Positions 35,761-49,100 of a DNA stretch of 64,000 nt are shown piece by piece; position 1 is the first letter of the stretch; each line of letters starts with the position of its first letter. The notes beneath the pieces are model-generated. The model saw only the letters and a program-made list of their open reading frames with translations, was not told the DNA's origin and did not search any database. The stretch lies in NCBI RefSeq assembly GCF_964204645.1, contig NC_134035.1:6781101-6845100 (forward strand), in the 5' to 3' direction. The DNA comes from Tubulanus polymorphus. Lineage: Eukaryota; Animalia; Nemertea. The translations under genes were made by a program, and so were the position numbers.

Positions 35761-38699
35761 GTTAGGTATTAAGGTATCTAATATGTATCTAATACGTATT
35801 TAAGTATTAACGAAAATGAATTATTATTTATAAAATACATTTTACATTTTCAACTAATATATTTTTATTTTTCAACTAATATATGAATAAGTTTGAAAAT
35901 AATAAAGGTTATATAAATTAATACATATTAGATACCTCAATACCTAAAACCCCCTTTTTTATTAACTATTATTTTACACAATTTCCAACCAATATATTAT
36001 GTGAGATAATTATATGTTTTCAATTAATAAAATAAAAATAGATTATATTATAACTATTTCTATACTAAGATTAATAATTTATATTTATAATTTTTATGAA
36101 AACTAATTTATATATCTATGTACTAGAGGTACGAGTAAGAATCCAAGAATTCTTACTTCCTTACTTTCTTGGCAAGAATCTTGGTTTCTTACTCGTACGT
36201 CTCGTACCTGTCTTACTTTGATATATTATGTGACATAATTATATGTTTTCACTTAATAAAAATTAAAAATAGATTATATTACAACTATTTATATACTTAA
36301 ATTAATAATTTATTCATTTTTATATGATCTAAACTAATTTATATATGTATGTACTATGTAGGTACGAGCAAGAAAGTAAGAAAGTAAGAATTCTTGGATT
36401 CTTACTCGTACGTCTCGTACCTGTCTTACTTTCTTGGATTCTAGACACAGGGGGGCCTTATATTCAAATAACCCCTATGTCTTCACAGATTTATCATATT
36501 ATATATTTTTAACTAATATAACTTATATTTCAACACTGTAAAGGTACAAATTATATTCAAATATATATTTTATTTTCATAGTAACTCTATGAATCTATCA
36601 GATAAATATTATATTCTTTACGCAGCACTAGATTATGATATAATTCTAGTTATTGTTTCTATTTGCTCACTGGGTTAAAAATAATATTTTGAATAGATTC
36701 AATTAGAAAAACAATACAATTGAATAAGTTAGTGTTGTTAAAGTAACTTATTGTTTTTCTAATGTTTTTCTAATATTTCTTATTAATATTAAATTACTTT
36801 ACATTTGACTAGAATTCAACTACAAAAACAATAAACCAATTAGCTTAGTATTAGATAAAGAAACCATTGTTTTTTTATTGTTTTTTTAAAATTCAATTCT
36901 TGTTTACTTTACATTTGACTAGAATAATACTAGAAAAACTTACATTGAATAAGTTAGTATATCATCTTGTATTATCCTAGTCAAATGTAAAGAATTAAAA
37001 TATCATATATGAATAACTTAATTTGAATTATACAGTTTATTGTTAAGCTCATAAATATATCTATGATTTCTCAAACTCTTTTTATTTTTATATTTTTTAT
37101 TGCATATTTCACAGCATTTAATATTATTAATTCTATCTGAAATATACTCAATGTTTTCTTTTAATTCCACGTATCTAATTTTACAAGAATCATAGAATTC
37201 TAACAACTGTTTTATACTATAAATTGAAAAAGAAAATAAACCTGTAAGCACAATAATAGATTTAATATTTCGTTGATTTTTATATATTAGATGTAATAAA
37301 TTTAATATATTTTTACTCATTTATTTATTTAATTAATTCACTAATCTGATTCAATAACTTTTTTATTTCGATGATTGTTTCCATTTAACTTCTTTAACTT
37401 TTTACTCAATTAAATATTTTCATAGTAAAAGAAAAGCGCAGCCAATATTAAACCTCCTGCTATAAGATAATGTTTTAAATCATTTTTCCCAGTTGGAATG
37501 ACACTATCCATTTATTTAAGAAAAAAAATTAAAAGTAATTTAAAATATCTTATTTTGAATATTAATATTTAGAGTTGAATTATTATTTTTGAGTTATGAT
37601 ATTTGAAACATACAGCTTAATCTTTTTTCAATTCGTTTCATATTCGATATGTTTAACTGTTTGATAATGTGTTGATTTATGTGATTTTAAATATTTACCT
37701 CCACAATAACAATACACTTTTTCATTAGGATTGAATTTTCTAAATTCATCATCTAAATTACATTGAACTGCAATATCATTATAAGAATTATTATTAACTG
37801 ATTCACATTGAATACCAATATTTGAAGAATTTTCATTATAGATAATTTGTTTATTATCAAAATTGAAATAATATAATTGTCGTTTTTCAATTTTTAAGTT
37901 AATCAAATCATTGTAATCTTTTGAAAGTATTATATCACTTTTTCTTTCATTGAAAGGAATTTTAATAATATTTATTATGTTTTCATCTAAAGTTCCTTTA
38001 AAATTTAAAACTGTATTAAATATTTTATGACTTTTGATTCCATTATCAAAAGTATCTACTAGTTCAGTAATTCAATATGTTTCATTTGATAATATTTGAT
38101 TAATTATCAGTAATGTTATCAATTTTATTATGTCTTGCGGACACTAAATTTGTTGCTGAAATATAATTTCTAATGTTAAACTGTGAAAATAATTTATTGG
38201 TTTCATTGATTTCGATTTTGAAGTTGGGTTCTTCTTCTTTCTTCATTTTTATAACAAAATTTTTATTAAAAGTCATTCAAATATAGATATTCAATGTTAA
38301 AATATGAATTATTTCACTCACACTTTACTCACACTTTTTATGCTTAAAGATAAGAATTTAACTCATATAAATATAAATATTCGCTGTTTTAAATATGAAT
38401 TATTTCACTCACACTTTACTTACACTTTCTATGTTAAAATTGATTTTTTATCATTCGAAATCTATATTTGGTCTTATTTTCTAGATTATTATGTTAACAT
38501 TTCACTCTCACTTTTAAAACAAGTACTTGGGAATATGTTGTTTCAGGTCAAAGGTTAAAGGGGCGAGTGAGTAGAAAATGGTCGAAGGGGCGAGCTCGTA
38601 AAAAATGAAAAATAAATTCTCGCACGCTCTGATTTATTTTCATTCTTTACGAGCTCGACCCTTCGACCTTTGGCCTGAAACAACATATTCCCAATTACT
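35761..38699 (-). mobile_element. Second Polinton-like remnant (one terminus, related family)
   Basis: Terminal hairpin 38522-38699 ending ...CCCAATTACT. The inward-reading ORF 37628-38150 is homologous to 20117-20659. Small ORFs with TAAATG starts (37018-37320, about 37510). Extreme AT content. Confidence 0.7.
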
Positions 38700-39832
38700 G
38701 CTATCCCACGTCTGCGTTCAAAACGCTCAGTGAAATGGCGCTTGCGCTTGCGCTTTCCGAACATTTTCGATGCACCGCGATGTAGTTCGAACCCCACACG
38801 TGGGAAAAAATTCGTTTTGCAGAAAAAAGCTTTCTTTTTGTTATACAACCTTGTTTCTGTATAATTTTTCCAAAGAATATATAAATCCCATCAGATTATA
38901 TTATTCTATCCACTGTCAGTAACGTTTTCGGGTTACCAGCAGCGTTAAATCAACGTTGTAGCCTACTTGAACTGTAAACGAACGTTTTGGGTAAAACCAC
39001 CATCAAATTTTCCAATTACGTTATTCTAGCAACATAACCATAATCGAACCTATCAAAACGTTATAAAAGTTGTATAAACGTCATGAGTTGCCTGGAGGAG
39101 TGAGTGATTCCCTCCGATACGCCAATTACGGAGTGAGTGATTCCTTCCATTTGATACGCCAATTACGGAGTGAGTGCGGATTCCTTCCAAAATGCAATGA
39201 TCATAAAAATTAGTTTTCAATTAGTGAACGATTTCAAATTACTTTAAGGCTAACCAAGTTGTAGGCCTACTCAATTTGAACTTGTTTTGATTCTTCGTCA
39301 TCCGGCGATGCAAAAAACTATTTGATCATTTTACTTTTTAAATGTATTGTCTTATTTTTGGTCGGTATATCATATTCTTTGTTGGTTGTCACAATTTTGG
39401 TCGGTACTAATTTTACTTTTGATCGGTAGGCCTATTGGACGGCTTTTGGTCGGTATCAGACGGTTTTGGTCAGTATTGGACTGTTTTGGTCGGTACTTAG
39501 AACCACCGACGTCACTAATTTTGCGAAGAAGTTTTGAAATTTTGACGCGAGACACGGAGAAGTGTAGTAGTAGGTGTAGTACGTCGACGCTTGACTCTTA
39601 CTACACCCGTAATACAAGAGACATTGCCTGTGCTCCATCACAATTTGACTTAAGAGCACATCAGGTAGCCTAGCTCAGTCAGTATTGATCTGGACGGTAC
39701 ATAGGCCTAGTTAGTTAGTAAGTTACCAATCGTTGGCGGTAAGCTTTTTATCTAATCCAATCGGATGGGCTTACCAAAATGTGGTTTGTGAAAATATCCG
39801 ATCGTGAAACTAAACCACAGACAGGTAACTGA

Positions 39833-40384
39833 CTAATGTCTATTTATTAATTGATGAGACCTGTTTTTCTGGGATATTTTGCTTACTTTTTGGGGTACAT
39901 ACCTCATTTATGTCTTAACAGAATGCCAAAAACCGCGGACAACAACTGAATATCCGATATATTTCCAGTTCTGTACCAATTAGATGGATTGGCAAAAAGA
40001 CTCCTTAAGTCCAGTTGAATGAGAGAGAAAATCCTCCATTTTGTCAAATTTCTTGGATTTGAACATTGTTAGGTACCATGCCTACGCCACCCTGATTTAG
40101 TTGTTGAGACCCCACGAGAAAAATAACTTCATTTCGTAGGCATGGTGACAATGTAAAAATTCAAGAAATTTGACAAAATGGGGGATTTTCTCTCTCATTC
40201 AATTGGACTTAAGGAGTCTTTTTGCCAATCCATCTAATTGGTACAGAACTGGAAATATATCGGATATTCAGTTGTTGTCCGCGATTTTTGGCATTCTGTT
40301 AAGACATAAATGAGGTATGTACCCCAAAAAGTAAGCAAAATATCCCAGAAAAACAGGTCTCATCAATTAATAAATAGACATTAG
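39833..40384. mobile_element. Foldback element, second copy of 6286-6833
   Basis: Same orientation and near-identical sequence, about 250-bp inverted arms. Confidence 0.9.
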
Positions 40385-40421
40385 CTACATAGGCCTACCT
40401 GATAAAAAGTCTTACTAGGAC

Positions 40422-40735
40422 CATTGGCAGTCGACCTAATTCATAGGTTTTTAATAATTCACTTTATTGTTGAAGGATATCCGAAAATGTCTGCATTGTT
40501 GAAAGGGAGAAAAGAGACTCCATGATTTGGAAGTTTAACAATATGTTTCCACGCCTACATACTAAACTTCAGTTGGTAGGCATGGAGACATATTGTAATT
40601 GTTAACCTTCAAATCATGGAGTCTCTTTTCTCTCATAAACCCCTTTTAATGCAGACTCTTCGGATATCCTTCAATACAGTTTAAAGTGGATTAACAAACG
40701 AGATTACAAACAATATTTTAGGTCAGCTGCCAATG
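40422..40735. mobile_element. Diverged foldback element; a related half-copy lies at 1-128
   Basis: CATTGGCAGTCGACCTAA ... TTAGGTCAGCTGCCAATG with inverted TTGAAGGATATCCGAA / TTCGGATATCCTTCAA. The right arm resembles window positions 1-100. Confidence 0.65.
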
Positions 40736-43163
40736 CATTCTGGTCCTAAGGCTAAAAAAGATTAATACCTTGTTGTTTCTCCGCTCTGCTGAGCTTGAAA
40801 GTTGACCCGGCCGGCCGCCTATCTACCCTTAGTCTAGTACCTAGCCATCATTCTGTAAACAATGTCTAGGGCGAAAGTGCTCATAGGCCTATAAGGTTAA
40901 TTTTCGTCCCTCATTTTGAGGGACGAGGTTTGAGCGTCTATTTCACCCCTCAAAACACCATCAACTTACCTCAAACTGACTGTTCTGTAATCAGGCGGAA
41001 GTTAACTATTCTTTGTGCATAAATTTGTAATCTTAAGTAGCTTTTGACGATCGTAGTAGCTCAAAACTTTTGACTAGTCGCCTCAAAAAATAGTTGAAGT
41101 GAAGCAACATAACAAATATGGCGGCTTTTGGACTGACATTGATGCCAATGCGGGTTTTATTCTTGTTTCAAATTCTTAAGGTTAAAATTGATCAAAATTT
41201 AGGCCTATGCGTTTTATCAACAAAAATTAACATTTAGAGAAATTTTAGAGACATTGAATTTTCACATTTTATTAATTTAGTCCGTATTGGAAATCCCGAT
41301 TGTGGCAATCAATTCAATTCAAATCAAATCAATAAATTCTCCGGTTCGCGATTTAAATAATCAAAAATATTATTAGAAAAAACGTTTTCAAAGTCAACGA
41401 GGTAACTGATTAATTTATTTTAGTACAAAGGTATGATTTGACACCAAAATCAGTTGTTGCATTGCAATTTACAGGATTTAACCTCTATATGATATTTTAG
41501 CAACAGACGTTGTAGGGAACCGTAACAATGACTGGTATTCAGACTAATCTATCCTATAGGCCAACTACAAGTACCAGACTGCATGCTGATGTGTTATGTT
41601 TACCACAGAGAGCGGGGCCTATAGGCCTATTACTTTTTGACAAACCGTAGGTTTGCCTATGTAAATGGTCTGATGAAGCAGTTTTCATTGAAAATGAATA
41701 GAGTACCGGTGTGTCAACAAGGCACAAACAATAGTGTTGATTTTTTGTGTCATGGTTTGGCTTAATGAGTTCTCGAGCCCACAAAAATTTCATAGTGATC
41801 GAGTTATGTTTAGGGGACTTATTCTTGAAAAACACGCAAAAGCCCCGCTTTTTAGCACTAAGTAATGGCACGTTTTTACATATGACAATTTGCATGCTTG
41901 GAATTGAAATTTATAAAAGTTCAATCCTTCCTGAAAGTGTCGCCATTTTAAGTTCGACTGATCTCAATGTACTTCTCGACCTACAGGCCCTCACTTTATA
42001 AACCCCCTAAATTTCCTCGCTTCTATTTATTTGAGTTGACCTTGTAACCTGAACTACAATGAATGTGATTGGCTGTTTGTGGGATATACGGGAAATTCCG
42101 GGAATTTCGGCGTTTCTGATGTAATTGGTAAAGCCCATTGGGAAAGCCTAATGTGAAACCCAAAACAAAATTACGAGCATTTCATTCGACTAGGTATCGT
42201 ACGTTTGCTTATAATTTGTTCGTTGTCACGAATATAAGCGAGTAGGCTATTTAATTCATTATCTGAACTAGCAAGTACGATGATACCAATGGCAGGGGTC
42301 TTCCAAGTCGGTAGCGGTATTTATTTGTATATTTAAGAAAAAAATCATAGCCGGTTAGGGTATTTGTTTTGATTTCTAGAAAAAAAAGTCTGTATATGTT
42401 TGTATTTTTTGACATTTTGTCGATGGGTGGATTCTGACTTGTGAAATTGCGGTCAATCTAATACATATACTGCGTTGCTAGTACTTTTGTATATGTACGC
42501 GCGTTAGCAGTCAGCCGCGTGTGTGCGAATATAGGTTACAGTATGTGTGTTAGTAATCACCTGAGCGAGTCTATATATAGGCAATTATGGTATAGCCTAC
42601 ACAGCACTCACACATCCGCAGGCGCATATATTGTCAGCCTCATACATCTCTAATCCAAATTAATTCATATTTAGAATAATAGTTTTTACAATATATGCAC
42701 TCAATGATTTAATGGTGAGCCACAGGGCCATTGGACCTTTATTTGAAAATTGTGATCAATTTTACCATAACAGACCCAGCCGCTATAGAAATGAACTGTT
42801 TACAAATTTTATCATATTTTACAAGAATGACCCTGCTGCTGCGGATAAACAAGGTATCATTTTTGTTAAGCCTAAGAAGACTTTTATCAGGCAGGCCTAT
42901 GTACTACCAAAACTGATTGAGCTAGGCCACTCGGTATGCTTTTAAGTCAGGTTGAAATAGACATTAGTCTCGTATCTATTACTTATCCGTTGTCCCCAAA
43001 GGGAGCCGGTAGATCGTCTGGTGTAGGCTATTCTTCAAAATACACTTGACGGACTGCGTCACGCAAACCTGTCGTTGGGCGTAACTGTGGTGTGGCCCTT
43101 CCTTGCGAATATTGGCTCATTTCTGAGAATCGACAGTGACAGTTGAGTTGAGAACTGGTTGTC

Positions 43164-46100
43164 ATGTTTATGCCTAAAATGAGAACGATGAAAACGTTAC
43201 CTCGTTATGCCGTGTTATTCATTTTACTTCTTATGACAACAATTATTATAATTATCACGATGTCTAGAATTCGTCATAATCGTCGAAGTCGTGAGAATTT
43301 GGTATCTTTCAAAAATGGTCTCCCGATGTTTACTAATTCAGAGACAAGTGTTTTACGAGTAGGAGCTGAAAGTTTCCTTTTGAATAAGAAACCGTTTCGA
43401 ATATTTGGCGGTTCAATACATTACTTCCGGGTTCCTCCGGAATACTGGCGTGATCGCCTGATAAAACTGAAAGCCTGTGGCATGAACACATTGGACACGT
43501 AAGTAAAGCAGTACAATAATAATAATAATGATATATTTTTCTTTCAATATATGTACAAGATTTTTAGCCCTCCTGGGACTTTAGTCCGTCCGTCCGTCCA
43601 TGCGTAGACAGAATCCAGTTATTTTGGGAAGTTTTGAAGACGCTTCAATGTAATGTCTTGATATTTGGGTTACACCTGTATCTACCCTAGACACATCTTC
43701 AGCCCAAAAACTGGCCCTGTCAGAATCAAGATGGCCGACTGGCAGCCATTGTTGTTTGCCAAAATCAACACTTTTTACACATTTTTGAACTTTTTGAGGG
43801 AAATTTTGAAGACGCTTTGATCAATCTATGTGAATCCCCCCAGGGCCCATCAGCATAACAAAAATTGGGTCGATCGGACTCAAGATGACCGTCCTATGAC
43901 CTTTTTTAGTGCTCAAAAATGTCAATTTTGGCCCTGTAGCTCCCTACTGGTTTACCATTTCTCATTGCAATTTGTGATGGGTATTCTTTGAAAAGGGATG
44001 TTTTATACCTGAGACAGGTATTTTTGATCAGCCAATTATGACGCAATTGGCGGCCATCTTGGTGTCATCAGAACTCATTGGTAGGTGGGAAAAAGTTTTT
44101 CCATATAATATTGATACCTAAGCGTATTTTGTTACCACAATCAATTAGAAACTTGTAGCCCATAACGTGTTCTATGATTGTGGTGAGTTTCAAGGTCATT
44201 GGTTTTGTATATGGCCACCTGGGGGCGTTGAATAATACAATATCTTAGTATTTCTATATTATATTCGTATCAATGCATATTTTGTAACCACAATCAATTG
44301 CAAAGTTGTAGCTCATGACATCATCTATGATTGTGGCAAGTTTTAAGGCCATTAGTTATTCTATATGGTCACCAGGGCATTGAATAACTTAGTATTTCCT
44401 TATTATATTGGTACCTAGGCATATTTTGTTACCATGATCAATTACAAAGTTATAGTTCGTGACATGTTCTATGATTGTGGTGAGTTTCAAGGTCATTGGG
44501 ATTTGAATATGGTCACCAGGGGGCGTTGAATAGTAGAATAACTTAGTATTTCCATTTTAAATTGGTAACGAGGCATATTTTGTTATACCAATCAATTACA
44601 AAATCATAGCTGCTGACATGTTCTATGGTTGTGGTGAGTTTCCAGGTCATTGGTTTTTGTATATGGTCATCAGGGGGCGTTGAATATTGAAATTGTTAGA
44701 TTGTTGAGCATTTGAAACCACTTCCCAAGTGGGCATGGTGTCCCTAGACCCCTAGTTTACTGACATTTTTAGGGTGGAGCACATGCCCCAGTGCTCCCCC
44801 TAAATCTGCCCCTGCAATGTAAAGTCTTTATGTTTGCGTTACACATGTATCTACCCTAGACACATCTTCAACCCAAAAACAAACCCTCCTCTCAGATTCA
44901 AGAAGGCCGACTGGCAGCCATTGTTGTTCGCCAAAATCAGCACTTTTTACACATTTTGAAGTTTTCGAGGGAAATTTTGAAGAAGCTTTAATCAATAACT
45001 TTGATCTTTCGTATATATTTGAATCCCCCAAGCAGTGCTTCATCTAGCATTAAAAAAGGGCAGGGTGCTGATTTCAAATAAGGGCATTTTTGTGCGTGAT
45101 TCCATCGGAGCAAGGGCACATAATAACGCGCTCACGTTTAGGGGCAAACTGCAATGTTCCCTATTGCATAGAATCGAGGTACCCCCTACTACGATTGAGG
45201 ACTAGAAACTATGTTTAACTCTGATTTTGCCATGAGTGACACACTTGACCACAGTACATCCTTACACCTATGTCTGTCAATGAACAAAAGTTAATCTAGA
45301 TAGGGCTTTCAAAATGATTTGGAAAACCAGTTGCAGACAAAAAATTGCAGAAAAAGTAGCTCAAGTAGCAAATACAGCGAAAAAGAGCCAGCAATAGTGT
45401 ATAGGCCTACATGAAATTGCATATTTTTAATCTTAGAAATATCAAATTAATTGATTTAAATTGATAGTGTTAGTGATTGGCAAGTAACTGTTGATAATTG
45501 GTAAGCAGCCAGCTTAAGAACACATTATTGCTATTAGGCTACTCAAACTAATTGTCTGTGAGAGTCTCTCTGTGGGTTCACCGGACGAAGTTTTTCACCT
45601 TGTATATATAAAATTTGTCTAATAGTCTAGATAAAAAGATCTAGAGCATCACGATGTGTTCAAAACGAAACAATCCATCGAATATACACTACCAGCTTTA
45701 CAACGGCAGTCGCTAGAATGATTGGCAGTAGTTTGGAAGTCAGCCAATTTCCTGGAAACTTAAACTAGGCCACGCGTCTGAGGCATGTTTTCACACGATG
45801 CACACTGACTGCAGTACATTTGAATATAACCACTGATCACATGAGCTACTATTGTTGATATCATACGAGATATTTCATAGCCGTCGCAGGAAACTTACTA
45901 ACAGTCGGATGCGTCGGCTTATTTTGGAAGCCCTGACTCATTACTCGTGACTGACTAGGGCAGGATGGCGGACCTACGACAAGTGATGAGGGCGAGCATG
46001 GGACACTTCTGAAGGGCACAAGGGCGGCTATTTTCGGGGGTGGGGCGGACTGCCCTTCTATTTTTGGCTAGATGAAGCACTGCCCAAGGGCCAATCAGCA

Positions 46101-49100
46101 TAAGAAAAATTGGGTCTGTCGGACTCAAGGTGTCCTGTGACCTTTTTTTGTGATCGAAAATATCAATTTTGGCCCGAATTCTGAGTCCTCTAGCTTCCTA
46201 CTGGTTTGCCATCTTTCATTGAAGTTTGTGATATTTATTCTATAGAAAGGGATCTTTATTTCCAGACAGCTATTTTTGATCAACCAATTATGACGCAATC
46301 GGCGGCCATTTTGGTGTCATCAGTACTCATTCGTGGGTGGAAAAAAATTTACCACATCTTCATACCTAAGCATATTTTGTTACCACAATCAATTGGAAAG
46401 TTGTAGCTCATGACATGGTCGATGATTTTGGTGAGGTTCAAGGTCATTAGTTATTCTATATGGTCACCAGGGGGCATTGAATAGTAGAATAACTTAGTAT
46501 TTCATTGTCATATTGGTACCTAGACATAATTTGTTACCATAATCAATTGCAAAATTGTAGCTCATGACAAGTTCAGGATTGTGGTGAGCTACAGGGTCAT
46601 TGGGTTTTGCATATGGTCACCAGGTTGCAGACATAGAAATAGGCAAAAACCTTTCTGACTTCCAGTAACATAGCATGGCACAATATTGAGTTATAGCAAG
46701 GTTAAAAAGCCTTTTTAGCCCGCTTGGGACTTGAGTCCCAGCGGGCTATTGCGTTCACCCGTCAGTCTGTAGATGGAATCCAGTTATTTTGGGAAGTTTT
46801 GAAGACGCTTCAAGGTAATATCTTGATATTTGGTTTATACATGTATCTACCCTAGACACATCTTCAGCCCAAAAAACTGGCTCAGAATCGAGATGGCCAA
46901 AAATGTCAATTTTGGCCCAAATTCTGAATCCTGTAGCTTCCTACTGGTTTGCCATTTCTCATTGCAATTTGTGAAGGGTATTCTTTGGAAAGGGATGTTT
47001 TATACCTGAGCCAGGTATTTTTGATCGGCCAATTATGACGCAATTGGCGGCCATCTTGGTATCATCAGTGCTCATTCGTAGGTGGGAAAAAGTTTTTCCA
47101 CATTATATTGATACCTAAGCATATTTTGTTACCACAATCAATTGCTAAGTTGTAGCTCATGACATTGTCTATGATTGTGGTTCTATGATTGTGGTCAGTT
47201 TTTAGTTAATTATTCTATATGGTCACCAGGGGGCGTTGAATAGTAGAAAAGCTTAGTATTTCCTTATTAGGTATGTACCTAGGCATATTTTGTTACCATG
47301 ATCAATTGCACAGTTGTAGTTTATGACATGTTCTACTATTGTGGTGAGTTTCAAGGTCATTGGGTTTTGCATATGATCACTAGGGGGCATTGAATAGTAG
47401 AATTACTTAGTATTTTCATATTAAATTGGTAACGAGGCATATTTTGTTATCACAATCAATTACAAAATCGTAGCTGCTGACATGTTCTATGATCGTGGTG
47501 AGTTTCAAGGTCATTGGTTTTTGTATATGGTCACCAGGGGGTGTTGAATATTGAAATTGTTAGAATGTTGAGCATTTGAAACCACTTCCCAAGTGGGCAT
47601 GGTGTCCCTCGACCCTTAGTTTCATTATGCATTTGCATGGTCATGTCCTTGTCTATTTTACGTGGTGTGTCGGCCCTTTCTGCCATGGCCCCCAAATATT
47701 CAATTACTGTTGAAGCTGATGATTTTTTTGACTTTCTACATTTATCTGATGGAGAGATTTCATGATGCTTTCGTTTTTTAACAATAGGTGATAATTCACT
47801 GTCATCATCAGTAGATGAATCATGAAGAGGATTACTATCTACTACTGAAAGTAATTGGATTTATGTTTGCCGATTTTACACCGACAGCGTCATCCAAATC
47901 ATTTTCATACACATAATCTTTGACATAGCCTGAACCTGATTTATTTATTGCATCTTTTACATTTTTATACCCTGTATTAATAGCAGCATTAAAAACAAAA
48001 TCATCATTCTGCATTTCTTATGCAATCTTCATCCACAACATGGACTTATGCATCTTCCCTCCATTTACTTTATCAATATTTTTACGATATAAATCAAACA
48101 ACTTAAGGGTTGACTGTTTTGTCCATTTTCCACTTGCAGTACCAGCCTCATCCACTATTACACTCTGAGTTTTGGAATCAGTTAGATTTTCAATAGACCC
48201 TGAAAAATACCTAGTCTAATAACTTTGGAAGAATAAACCATCACATGTTTTTAAATGATAATTTGCAACCAAATCCTTTGCAAATTAAAAAAAAAAAAAA
48301 TAGCTGCAAGCAGCGATAACAGGTTTCTGCCTTTCTGGATAGAATGTCGTTCAGGGATGCAAGGAAAGATTTCACCCGAAATCAGTTCGCTACATTCCGT
48401 TTTTTTTAAAAAGTGCCAACTAGGCAAAGTACTAATGCGTCAGGTTTTGGGGGAATAACATCGAGAAGAATGAAGCTACGGTTTTTTTACCATTCCCTAG
48501 TGACAGTTTAAGCGCATATTCGGTTATAGTTCTGATAAAAAGTCGACTAGATAAGAAAACCGAATTTGGCCCAAAGCACAAATTTGGCCTATAGGGTAAA
48601 CTATGCAGGAGGGAAGGCCTTATAGTGTTACTGTTGATTTTTCGAAGTTTGATATCCACGAACAAAAATATACTATTATAGGTTGTTAAAAAGTAACTGC
48701 TTTTAATAACAGTATGAATAAACTTACTTCACAAACAAGGAAGTACATTTTTAAGTTGTGAATGGTCGCACCCCAGTTATTCACAGTAACCTGTGATTTG
48801 GATATTCTCGGAGCCTTCCTTCTTTATTTATTTATGAAATGAAGTCACAAACTTTCAGATTCGCGCCAGTATGCGCGCAATGATTGATGATTGCTATTTC
48901 CACCGGTGTGATCTTTAAATAACTTCAAGTTTAAAATAGGAAGCACAGTACACCCATAGAAACTACGCGCAGAAAGAGACAGTTATATTATTATCAGAGT
49001 TTAACATTTCGTTTCAAAGATGTTAGTAGTCGAATCTAATAGAAGATGATTTTTATGTGACAAAACTCAGTGGAAAATATGTTAAAATAATAATCAGCAG

